A DNA stretch of 64,000 nucleotides from Candidatus Bathyarchaeum sp. (lineage in GTDB: Archaea > Thermoproteota > Bathyarchaeia > Bathyarchaeales > Bathyarchaeaceae): assembly GCA_026014495.1 (NCBI GenBank), contig JAOZIF010000171.1, forward strand, positions 1-64,000, written 5' to 3'. Numbering within the stretch: the stretch's first letter is position 1; each line of letters opens with the position of its first letter. Below, in pieces: positions 19,424 through 28,744 of this stretch. A program made the position numbers and the translations under genes. The notes below the pieces were generated by a model that worked only from the letters and a program-made list of their open reading frames with translations, had not been told where the DNA came from and searched no databases.

Positions 19424-20701
19424 ATGTTAGACATTAAACTTGTTCGTGAGCATCCAGAAACAATAAAAAAAGACCTAGAAAAAAGAGGAGAACCCGAAAA
19501 ACTTGAGGTGCTCAACAACCTCATCGAATACGACAAAAAGTGGAGAACTCTGCTAACACAAGTAAACGAACTCCGACACAAACGCAAACTAATAACTGCA
19601 GAAGTTGCAAACCTGAAGAAACAAAAAAAGGATGCGACCAAACAAATACAGCAAGCAAAAAATATTCCACAACAAATCAAAGAACTAGAAACACAAGTTA
19701 CAGAGTGCCGCGAAAAAGCCGATACATTACTGATGAAGCTTCCTAACATACTGCACGAAAGTGTTCCTTTTGGAAAAGACGAACACGAAAACGTTGTTGA
19801 AAAACTGGTTGGCAAAGCTCCAAAATTTGATTTTACTCCCAAAAGCCACGTAGAACTTGCCTCAGATTTGGGTTTGGTAGATTTTGAGCGTGCAGCCAAG
19901 GTTTCTGGTCACGGATTTTATTATCTGAAAGGCGATTTGGCTAGGCTCGACTTTGCAATAATAACCTACACAATAGACTTTCTGCGCGACAGAGGCTACA
20001 CTCTAATTGAGCCACCGTTGATGATGCACAGAAAACCGTATCTGGGCGTCACAGACCTAGAATTCTTTGGCGACCAACTCTACAAAATAGAAAACGACGA
20101 TCTATACCTCATAGCAACAAGCGAGCATCCCATGGCAGCCTCATTTATGGACGAAGTTATTCTCCAACAAGAACTGCCCATAAAGTATGTTGGAGTCAGT
20201 CCCTGTTTCAGAAAAGAAGTCGGCGCCCACGGCAAATACACCAAAGGCTTATTCAGGGTGCACCAATTCAACAAAATCGAACAATTCATCTTCTGTCACC
20301 CCGAAGACTCGTGGAAACTCCATGAAGAACTACAAAAAAACAGCGAAGACCTCTACCAAAGCCTAGGACTACACTACAGAGTCGTAAACGTGTGCACAGG
20401 AGACATCGGAATAATCGCAGCCAAAAAATATGACATAGAAGTTTGGATGGCGGACGGAACATACCGAGAAGCAGGCTCAAACAGCAACTGCACAGACTAC
20501 CAAGCCAGAAGACTAAACATAAAATACAGAGAAAAAGAAGGTCAATCACCAATCGGGCACGTTCACACCTTAAACAACACCGCCATTGCCACCAGCAGAA
20601 CCCTGATTGCCATACTGGAACAGTATCAACAAAAAGACGGCACAGTTAAGATTCCTGACGCTCTAAGACCTTTAATGGGTAGAATTGAGCAACTGGGATG
20701 A
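19424..20701 (+). CDS. serS: Serine--tRNA ligase
   Basis: MLDIKLVRE, N-terminal coiled coil, ATSEH, FRKE...GLFRVHQF, NCTDYQARRL, LNNTAIA motifs. Confidence 0.97.
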   Translation: MLDIKLVREHPETIKKDLEKRGEPEKLEVLNNLIEYDKKWRTLLTQVNELRHKRKLITAEVANLKKQKKDATKQIQQAKNIPQQIKELETQVTECREKADTLLMKLPNILHESVPFGKDEHENVVEKLVGKAPKFDFTPKSHVELASDLGLVDFERAAKVSGHGFYYLKGDLARLDFAIITYTIDFLRDRGYTLIEPPLMMHRKPYLGVTDLEFFGDQLYKIENDDLYLIATSEHPMAASFMDEVILQQELPIKYVGVSPCFRKEVGAHGKYTKGLFRVHQFNKIEQFIFCHPEDSWKLHEELQKNSEDLYQSLGLHYRVVNVCTGDIGIIAAKKYDIEVWMADGTYREAGSNSNCTDYQARRLNIKYREKEGQSPIGHVHTLNNTAIATSRTLIAILEQYQQKDGTVKIPDALRPLMGRIEQLG

Positions 20702-20765
20702 ACCAAAAAGCCGAAGCTTTTAATACTTCCACGCTAAATCTTTCAACCCACAATGAGGGACTCTG

Positions 20766-21353
20766 ATGTCAAAGAGAAGAGGACGCATTAAAGACAAGTG
20801 GCGCGACAAGAAATGGTACAATGTAATGTCTCCACCATACTTCGGCGGAGTTGAACTAGGAGCTGTACCTGCAGATGACCCTGCAAAACTTGTTGGAAGA
20901 ATTGTAGACGGTACCCTATACGACATCACCAACGACTTCGCGCACCAATACCTCAAACTATATTTCAGAGTCGAGGAAGTTGAAGGCAAAACCGCCCGAA
21001 CAGTCTTTAAAGGACATGAATACTCCCGAGATTTTCTGAGAAGCCTAGTTAGAAGAAGAACAACACGAGTAGACGGAATATTCAACACCACAACCAGCGA
21101 TGCTTATGGATTAACACTAGCTGTTTCCGTTTTCACACTCTCACGCATAAAAACCTCCCAAGAACACGAAATACGTGCTATAATGAGCAAAATCATCAAA
21201 GACAAAGCAGCAACTCTAACATTCGACCAGTTCGTTCAAGAACTTGTTCTAGGAAAAATCGCATCAGACATCTATAACGAATCCAAGAAAATATCGCCAC
21301 TGCGTCATGTAGGCGTCCGAAAATCAAAACTCACCGTCCAGCCAGCCGCGTAA
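20766..21353 (+). CDS. rps3ae: 30S ribosomal protein S3Ae (eS1)
   Basis: KDKWRDKKWY.V.SP, SLVRRRTTRVD, ISPLR.V.VRK motifs. Confidence 0.95.
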   Translation: MSKRRGRIKDKWRDKKWYNVMSPPYFGGVELGAVPADDPAKLVGRIVDGTLYDITNDFAHQYLKLYFRVEEVEGKTARTVFKGHEYSRDFLRSLVRRRTTRVDGIFNTTTSDAYGLTLAVSVFTLSRIKTSQEHEIRAIMSKIIKDKAATLTFDQFVQELVLGKIASDIYNESKKISPLRHVGVRKSKLTVQPAA

Positions 21354-21575
21354 CTGCCTGTTGCAGTGATAATTGTAGCACTTGTAGAGAGGAGTTAACT
21401 CCTTCTTTTCATTACATTCCTCTAGAATACGATTTAAGCAACAAACAATCTTAGTTTAGGCGCTATCTGAATCGCTCATAATGTTTAACTCGACGATTTT
21501 ATGTCCCTATATTCATGTTAGTTTTTTCGGTTCGAATTGCTAATTAGTATGTAGCTAACAACCTAATGATACAGT

Positions 21576-22145
21576 TTGACGATGCATTACGTTTATTTAT
21601 CTAGCAGCCATTATGCTATAATTGCCCAAGGAGACACCGAAATGGAACGGAAATCAAACAAAAACGAAGCTCTAGAAGCTCTAGACTTTATTATAAACGT
21701 CTTGAAGGAACACGAAAAAGACCTAGACCGTCTCATAAGCCAACTGGGCATAATAACCGAAAGCTTGGGCGAAACTGGAGAAATAACCGGCAAAATAGAA
21801 AATATAGAAGATCGTATCTCAACTCTTCAGGGCGAAATAACTAACCTAGTCAATCACCTTGCCGTGCCCAAAGACTCCACACCATCTTATACATCCGGAA
21901 AGCCAGTGAACGTTAAATGCAGACGATGGGAAGACTTCAAGAATCTGGCGGCAGGCGCAGAAACCGTTTCGTACCTTTTCAAAGCCTCAGAAAATACTTT
22001 CCAAGCTGACGCACTCAAAAACGGCAAAATCGTTTCATACACTGGAGATTTTCCGCCAAACACCAATCTTTTGAAGTTATGGATTTCGCAAGAACTGAAT
22101 GTTGATGAATGCTCTGTCTTTGAGGGTGTTTTGAACATCAGCTAA
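21576..22145 (+). CDS. Hypothetical protein with coiled-coil N-terminus (start probably ~21642)
   Basis: Long ORF with protein-like composition; no family recognised. Confidence 0.6.
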   Translation: MTMHYVYLSSSHYAIIAQGDTEMERKSNKNEALEALDFIINVLKEHEKDLDRLISQLGIITESLGETGEITGKIENIEDRISTLQGEITNLVNHLAVPKDSTPSYTSGKPVNVKCRRWEDFKNLAAGAETVSYLFKASENTFQADALKNGKIVSYTGDFPPNTNLLKLWISQELNVDECSVFEGVLNIS

Positions 22146-22363
22146 AAAATGGTTTGACACATGTTTCTTAATTGATACCACGTTTAGGTACCTAGTTTTG
22201 TAGCAAAACTTAGACTAAACGCGCACCTAAGTTAGCCTTTTTTGGAATACTCTTTCGCGTATTAAGCCATCTGTTTAATAAACCTGTAAAATGCACAAAG
22301 CGCATTTTGAACTGAAAACAAGTTAAAAAACAAAAATATGGGCTAAGCCTAGATATTCTAGGC

Positions 22364-25000
22364 TTAGTTTTCTTCAGAGTTTTTCTTTTTCCTTCTTCTT
22401 ATGAACAAGCCATAAAGAAGAGATGCTGTTAGAGATGCTACGCCTAAACCAATCACTGAAAGAACTGCCAAAGATACAGCAATTTCTGGTTCCACGGTCT
22501 TTTCGACAACTGCCGATGACGAATCACCATCGTTGTCTGTGACTGTCAATGTTACTGTGTAGTTGCCGTCTTCGATGTATGTGTGGTCTACTGCCATGCC
22601 TGTTGCTATGTTTCCGTCGCCAAAGTCCCACGAGTAGGTAACGATTGTGCCGTCAAGGTCATAGCTGTTGGAAGCATCAAAGCGGATTGCCTCATTTTGA
22701 ATAATTTCTGTAACGTTTTCAGTGAACGCTGCGATAGGTGCTTTGTTCAAGACAGTGTTTGTTGCAGCGGCTGAGTCTGTTGCGCCGTCGTCGTCAGTAA
22801 CTGTCAAAGTGACAGTGTAAACGCCGTTGTCTTCATACGTGTGCTCTACCGTAGCTCCAGTTGCTGTGTTTCCGTCGCCAAAATCCCATGCATAACTTAC
22901 TATAGAACCGTCAGAATCATAGCTGCCTGTGCCATCAAAGTGTATTTCTTCGTCAGTGTATGTTGTTTCCGCCGACTGAGTGAACGAAGCTACTGGTTCC
23001 TGATTTAGAGCCCTCTCAGTTGCACTGGCAGTATTTGTTGCGTCGTCATCATCTGTTACCGTCAAAGTCACAACGTAAGAGCCATCATCTGCGTAGGCAT
23101 GAGAAACACTGACACCTGTTGCTGTGTTTCCGTCGCCAAAGTCCCACGAGTAGGTAACGATTGTGCCGTCAAGGTCATAGCTATCAGCCGCGTCGAATGT
23201 AATAGCTTCGTTAACATTCACTATTTCATTAGATTCTGTAAATGCCGCTACAGGGGCTTGGTTTCTGATTGTGTTTGTGATGGTTGCAGTGTCTATTGCT
23301 CCGTCGTTGTCGGTTACTGTAAGCGTCACAGTGTATGACCCGTTATCTGGGTATGAGTGAGTTGCGCTAACGCCTGTTGCTGTTGTTCCATCTCCGAAGT
23401 TCCATGCATAAGCAACGATTGTGCCGTCGGAATCATAACTTTGACTCGCATCAAAAGTCAAGGTCTCTTGTGTGTCAATAACTGTCGCGGATGCAGTTAC
23501 ATCTGCTACTGGGGCTCTGTTTTTCACAACAATAGATGCTGTTGTACTGTCTGATGCACCTTTATTGTCAGTAACTGTAAGAGTAACAACATATTCGCCA
23601 TCCTCCACGTACGAGTGAGTTGCAGTAACTTCTGAACCAACGTTTCCGTCTCCAAAGTCCCAGACGTAACTTGTAATGGAGCCATCTGGGTCCTTGCTGG
23701 CAGAAGCATCAAACTCTACAACTTCATCAGTGTAAACAGTGGACGGCGAAGCAGTAAAGTCGGCTGTTGGTGAACGGTTTGGAACTTTGACTTTGTAACT
23801 GGAAGTGGATGTTTTAGCGCTGTTTTCTGCGTTGTCAACTGCTTCAACGAAAAAGTTGACAGTGGTACCTGCGCTTTGTCCTGGAATCGTAGCAGTCCAC
23901 AAACCATCTTGCATCGTCATGTCTATTGATGACCAAACTGTATTTGTTGTGTACCATAAAATGACTTCCTTGACTCCGCTGGCTTCTAGTGGCTCAGTAA
24001 CGTTTGCTGAAACTGTGACTGCTTCCTTGGGGTTTGGTGAGTTGGCGCTTTTAGCAATGTTAGAGATAACTGGGGCAACAAAATCGTCTACTGTGTACGA
24101 GTAAAGTGCTGAAACATCAGTTCTTCCCAGTGTGTCAGCTGCGTAGACTCTGTATTTTACTACAGTGTTGTATGGTTGAGCTGGAATGTCTGCAACGTAG
24201 TATCCGCCCTCTAGGCTCATTGTTACGTTGACCCAACTGCCTAAGCCAATTTGGTATCCCAAGATAACCGAATCAACTTCAGCACTTCCGCTGTTGACTT
24301 GAGCTGTGACTGTTACTGACTCATCATAGTTGGGCTCTGCTGGAGACCTGCTGACGCTAATGATTTCCAGAGGGTCTGTGAGAACCAAAGAGAAGACCAT
24401 GTCGTTGTAGTCTCTGTCATTTCCTTCTCCATAAAAGTTCTCAAAGCCTATCAGAAACATGTTTGGTTCATCTAAATTCACGTATACTTGACAATGCTGT
24501 TCAGGACTATCAGGATTTAGCGAATGTTCTGTAAAGTATCTGTATACAGGAGTCAGTATTGTTATGCCAAACTCTGCGTCAATCGAAAACACTTTGGATA
24601 GCGGCGGAACCACATATCCCCCATAAAGTTCTGTTGTTCCTTCAGGTCCAGTGAAAAGTGTTTGGTAGTCACTTGTACCCACTTCGTAGTAGCTGAGCAC
24701 GTTCACACTGTGGTAGCCTGCAATTTCTGCATACAATGTGATGTTGTATATCCCTGGTACAAATGTCTGATCATCTGCAAGGGCAATGTTAGTGAAGCCC
24801 AGGTCGTTTAGAATATAATCTAAAGAAGGCTCAGCATCAATTGCTGATACGGACAAGAACGTGAATGGTGCCGAAATTAGTAAAGCAACTAGTGTTAGAC
24901 TTACTAGACTAAGAATCAACCGTTTCCTTGTATTCACTTTGCTTTCAAAGCTTGCACTATTTTTTTTGTTAAACCTAAATTCTGGAAGGTAATGATTCAT
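22364..25000 (-). CDS. Surface protein with DUF4114-like motif, Ig-like domains and about five PKD domains
   Basis: IGFEN....DRDYND motif; repeated FDAS.S.D.DG.IV.Y.WDFGDG...H.Y...G.Y.VTLTVTD; C-terminal TM + RRRKKK. Confidence 0.9.
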   Translation of the reverse strand: MNHYLPEFRFNKKNSASFESKVNTRKRLILSLVSLTLVALLISAPFTFLSVSAIDAEPSLDYILNDLGFTNIALADDQTFVPGIYNITLYAEIAGYHSVNVLSYYEVGTSDYQTLFTGPEGTTELYGGYVVPPLSKVFSIDAEFGITILTPVYRYFTEHSLNPDSPEQHCQVYVNLDEPNMFLIGFENFYGEGNDRDYNDMVFSLVLTDPLEIISVSRSPAEPNYDESVTVTAQVNSGSAEVDSVILGYQIGLGSWVNVTMSLEGGYYVADIPAQPYNTVVKYRVYAADTLGRTDVSALYSYTVDDFVAPVISNIAKSANSPNPKEAVTVSANVTEPLEASGVKEVILWYTTNTVWSSIDMTMQDGLWTATIPGQSAGTTVNFFVEAVDNAENSAKTSTSSYKVKVPNRSPTADFTASPSTVYTDEVVEFDASASKDPDGSITSYVWDFGDGNVGSEVTATHSYVEDGEYVVTLTVTDNKGASDSTTASIVVKNRAPVADVTASATVIDTQETLTFDASQSYDSDGTIVAYAWNFGDGTTATGVSATHSYPDNGSYTVTLTVTDNDGAIDTATITNTIRNQAPVAAFTESNEIVNVNEAITFDAADSYDLDGTIVTYSWDFGDGNTATGVSVSHAYADDGSYVVTLTVTDDDDATNTASATERALNQEPVASFTQSAETTYTDEEIHFDGTGSYDSDGSIVSYAWDFGDGNTATGATVEHTYEDNGVYTVTLTVTDDDGATDSAAATNTVLNKAPIAAFTENVTEIIQNEAIRFDASNSYDLDGTIVTYSWDFGDGNIATGMAVDHTYIEDGNYTVTLTVTDNDGDSSSAVVEKTVEPEIAVSLAVLSVIGLGVASLTASLLYGLFIRRRKKKNSEEN

Positions 25001-25509
25001 TACGATATACTCCTTCTATTTACTATCTTGATGCATATTTGATGTCTTAAGATAAAGGCGATATTTCCCTGAGTGAAATATTCCTGAGAAAATATGTAAA
25101 ATTGTTATAGAACTAAACTTCATGTTGTTGAAATTTTTCTGTTTAATTTCAGCATGTGGTGTCCATAATGTGTTAGAATTTGCTATCATGAAGGGCTAAT
25201 CTTGTTTTGTCTTTTATATCTTAAGCGAAAACGGGTCTGTCATGTCTCAATACGGCATATATCTAGTTTTGACTTATGACTTTTAATAGTCGCTTGTCTA
25301 CAACAAAAATGGAGACACTCAAATGGACCCACAAGAAGCTAGATGGAATATAGTAAAAGCATTGCTTGAAGGTTTTCCGTCTTTGAAAGAAAAGACAATC
25401 GAATACCTGAAAACTCAGTGATTTTGTGTAGATTGTACCGAAGATAATGAATCCGAACTGTGGATTCATAAATTATTAATTGCTGAATTTGATTTTTTTA
25501 ATCGTATAG

Positions 25510-26238
25510 GTGTTATATTTGAGCGAGATCCCTTCTCTTCCAGAAAAGATTAGCGAAAGAAAAATTATTGTTTATAAATCTCGTGTTGACCCTACCGTAG
25601 TCAAGCTTACTGCAGAGAAAATGAAGTATAAATTGTTTGCCAAGTTTGGTTTTTCGAAGAGTAGGGCTGAGGAAATACGGGTTGTTTCTGTTGATAAGTA
25701 TTATGAGCCGTATGTTCTTGTTGATGCGAAGTATAGTGTGCGGTATTTTAAGAAGCAGGTTTTCTCTTTTGGTGTTGGGTCTGAAACTGATGAGGTTAAG
25801 ATTTCTGGTGTGTCTTATGTTCCTAAGGTGGAAGAGGATACGGAGTCTGGTTTGTCTCGTAAGGTGATTAGGTTGGAGGCTGAGCTGTGGTCTTTGTATC
25901 GGGATAAGGCGTATTTGGTGTTTGATAGGGAGGGTCGTGAGATTGCGCCTAGTTTGGTGCCTGCTGCGCCGTCTGAGGATCATCCTGAGGAGATTTTGGC
26001 GGAGTTTAATAAGAAGGCGGGGGTTGATGAGGTTTCTTCTCAAAGGGAGATTGATTTGGTTAAAGCTAGGATTGTGAAGCGGCCTTCTGGTGTGGTTAAG
26101 GTTAAGGATGAGCTTTTTCATGTTTTGGAGCAGGCTGTGATTTATAGTCCGATTTATGAGATTACTTTTCGTAATGTGCGGACTGGTGAAGAGAAGCTCG
26201 TTAAAATTGATGGGGTTACTGCAAAGATTATTTCTTAG
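25510..26238 (+). CDS. Hypothetical protein (strongly G/T-ending codons)
   Basis: 242-aa ORF; no family recognised. Confidence 0.65.
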   Translation: MLYLSEIPSLPEKISERKIIVYKSRVDPTVVKLTAEKMKYKLFAKFGFSKSRAEEIRVVSVDKYYEPYVLVDAKYSVRYFKKQVFSFGVGSETDEVKISGVSYVPKVEEDTESGLSRKVIRLEAELWSLYRDKAYLVFDREGREIAPSLVPAAPSEDHPEEILAEFNKKAGVDEVSSQREIDLVKARIVKRPSGVVKVKDELFHVLEQAVIYSPIYEITFRNVRTGEEKLVKIDGVTAKIIS

Positions 26239-26305
26239 TGGAGTTTTTGCTTTAGTCTGGTACTTTAGAAATTGTTTTGTGGAGCCTTTTTTTGGCTCTT
26301 GGTTT

Positions 26306-26626
26306 TTAGTTTTCTCCTAGTATGTCTGCGATGTCTTCGTATTTTTCTAGGTATCTGTCGCCTTTGGGGGTTGTTTTGTAGATGTTTTTGTTGTTTTCTT
26401 TGTCGATTTTAAGAAGTTCCATCTTTATGAGAAATTCGAGGTACTCGTTTAGTTGTGCGAAGCTTAGGTTTGCTCTGTACATGATTTGTGTTTTTAGGCT
26501 GCCTTCTTTGGTGATTGTTAGTATCTCTGCTATTATGTAGAGGCGGTCTCTGCGTCTGTTTGTGGTTTCCAATGCATTAGCACTCTCTAAGTTCTTTCTA
26601 TAGGTTTTGTCTATATCTTTAGTCAA
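26306..26626 (-). CDS. Archaeal winged-helix transcription regulator
   Basis: RRDRLYIIAEIL...KTQIMYRANLS...YL..L...Y.TTPKG pattern. Confidence 0.85.
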   Translation of the reverse strand: MTKDIDKTYRKNLESANALETTNRRRDRLYIIAEILTITKEGSLKTQIMYRANLSFAQLNEYLEFLIKMELLKIDKENNKNIYKTTPKGDRYLEKYEDIADILGEN

Positions 26627-27000
26627 TTAGGTTGAATAAAAGTGGTGTTTCTGACTTCCGTATATTCCCGTGAAGCGAATATGTGGCTAATTTGATGAAA
26701 TTGTAGCTGTTTGTAGAAAAACTACGTAATATTTATATGCAAAAACCACACCTTCGCTGTTTAACAAGCATTGCTGGGCGATTGGTTTGAGTAGAGACAA
26801 AATGAAGCGACGTGCCTTTCACTTGCGCTCCCTGCTGGGTAATATCAAGAACAAAAAGGCTAGACAAGAGGTTATCGAGGAGTATGTTAGCCTCATTTCG
26901 CAGATGAGCCGGAACAATTAAGTTTTGTTTTAGATTTTAACGCGTTCTTTTTGTTTTTAATTGTTTCCAGAATTTATTATTTTTATCTTCAAATTTCTTA

Positions 27001-27017
27001 TTTTTGTGACACAAAAA
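27001..27017. promoter_or_regulatory. Perfect palindrome TTTTTGTG-A-CACAAAAA
   Basis: AT-rich intergenic DNA at the left edge of the viral module; shares the GTGACAC core with 16533/16563. Confidence 0.4.
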
Positions 27018-27084
27018 GTTAATTGATTTTTCTAGAAAAAAGTTTCATAACTGTTATTATTTTAAACCACTAAAAAAAGAGGAT

Positions 27085-27291
27085 ATGTTGTTGGGTAAGG
27101 TTCGAAACGCTTGGAGGCGACGAGCCAGACAATATTTAATCAAAAATGTGGGTAAAGAAGATTGGTGCATCTTCGCAAAGGCTCTATGTAGTTCATCGGG
27201 CAGTTGTCGTGGATTTCCTTATGATTGCATATCCTGTTTTGATGCATACTTCAATTCTAGGGATGTTCTACAGAATGCTTTGAAACAATAG
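27085..27291 (+). CDS. Small Cys-rich hypothetical protein
   Basis: 68 aa, GAGG upstream of ATG, five Cys. Confidence 0.4.
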   Translation: MLLGKVRNAWRRRARQYLIKNVGKEDWCIFAKALCSSSGSCRGFPYDCISCFDAYFNSRDVLQNALKQ

Positions 27292-27306
27292 ACTTGGTAC
27301 TTGTTG

Positions 27307-28743
27307 TCATTCACGTTTCCAGAATAGGTAAACTTTGGTTTGTGTTAGAAAGCCGATGATTCGCATCATTTTTGCTAGCTTGGTTGTGTCTGCATTGTCT
27401 ACAATATTTGCGTATTCTTTGTTGTTTAGGAATGGCTTTTTGGTGCCTGCGACTCTTTTTCGGTAGATGCCTTTGACCTCTTTAATGATGTCTCTAACTT
27501 TGTTAAGTTCTGTTTTTGTCATGTTTTGTAGTTTGTTTATGTTTGCTTTTTCTGAGGTGAGAAAGACTGGGTTGAAGTTGAGGTCTGCTAGTTTTTCTAC
27601 GGTTTTTGTTACCTGTGGGTTGGGTGTGCTTTGGGTAATTTTGGTCATTCCTGCTTTTTCTAAGAATGGGTTGTATTTTGCCATAACTGCTATTGTTTCA
27701 ACGTAGGGTTTTCCTGCTAAATGGAGTGTTTCTTCTACGATTTTTGCTCCTAGTCCGATTGTGCGGTATTTTGGGTGGATTACTACTCTACTGATGCGGA
27801 TTATGTCTCGGTTGATTTCTTGTATTGTCATTTTTTTTCCTATGGCTTCTCGTCTGCCTGTTACTGCTAGTGGTGGGGAGCCATAGACTATGGCGCCTAT
27901 TGTTTCGTCGCCTCTTTTCATGACAAAGATTTTGTGGTGCGCAAAGAGTCTAGAGTCTCTGTAATGGAAGTGTGCTAATTTTTTGTAGTCTGCTTTTGTT
28001 CCTTTTTCGATGTGCATCTGTTTTATGATGCTGCATTGCTTGTTGAGGCTGTTTGGGTAGTAGTTGACTTTGATTTCTTTTCCGAACCTTTTATGGATGT
28101 GAATTGAAGGTTTTAGGTCGTCAAAAAGGTCCGTGTGTGTTGTAGCGACAAATAATGCTATGCCTTCTTTTCTTGCAATTTTTTGTATATTGTAGGCTAC
28201 GATTTTGGCTGTGTCTCTGTCTAAGGTGGAGCAGAATTCGTCTGCGAACCAGTATTTTTTGTTTGATTCTATCATTTTGGCTAGGCGATATCTGTATTTT
28301 TGTCCGTCGCTGAGTTGGCTGTATCGTCGCACGAAAAGAAAAGCGTCATTTAATCCAACTCTGGAGAGCAGGTTTAGGCCCTCGTCAAAGTTTTTGCCGA
28401 CACTATCTATGAGGGGCTTGTCGGGGTCGATTTTTATGTTCTCTAGGTTTACTGTTTCTGGCTGTAGGTCTTTTTCTAGTGCTTTTAGTAGGACGCTTTT
28501 TCCGCTTCCACTGTCTCCCGTGATGTAGACTATGTCGTTGGGTGCAATCTTTAGCTCCAAATTGTCGTAGATTACGTGTTCTTGGTAGTTGTCTACTCCG
28601 ATGCCAAATGCTTCGGCGACTTTGATTGTGCGGTCTGTGACATCTGTTCTTGTTTTGTATGATATGTTGACTTTGTATGTGCCTGTTTTTTTGTCGTACT
28701 TTTTTTGGAATCTTGTTATTTTGAAAATTTCACGCATTCCCAT
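27307..28743 (-). CDS. ABC-type ATPase fused to a GNAT acetyltransferase
   Basis: Walker A GDSGSGKS, signature LSDGQKYR, Walker B FADEF, VATTH; GNAT motif RVVIHPKYRTIGLG; no TM segments. Confidence 0.88.
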   Translation of the reverse strand: MGMREIFKITRFQKKYDKKTGTYKVNISYKTRTDVTDRTIKVAEAFGIGVDNYQEHVIYDNLELKIAPNDIVYITGDSGSGKSVLLKALEKDLQPETVNLENIKIDPDKPLIDSVGKNFDEGLNLLSRVGLNDAFLFVRRYSQLSDGQKYRYRLAKMIESNKKYWFADEFCSTLDRDTAKIVAYNIQKIARKEGIALFVATTHTDLFDDLKPSIHIHKRFGKEIKVNYYPNSLNKQCSIIKQMHIEKGTKADYKKLAHFHYRDSRLFAHHKIFVMKRGDETIGAIVYGSPPLAVTGRREAIGKKMTIQEINRDIIRISRVVIHPKYRTIGLGAKIVEETLHLAGKPYVETIAVMAKYNPFLEKAGMTKITQSTPNPQVTKTVEKLADLNFNPVFLTSEKANINKLQNMTKTELNKVRDIIKEVKGIYRKRVAGTKKPFLNNKEYANIVDNADTTKLAKMMRIIGFLTQTKVYLFWKRE

Positions 28744-28744
28744 T

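Noticed and set aside
26737-26921. Short ORFs (17 and 39 aa) left of the module
   Set aside because: Too short, no recognisable motif or SD; cannot be supported.
27307-28743. ABC transporter component
   Set aside because: No permease or binding protein is nearby; it is fused to a GNAT and coupled to terL.
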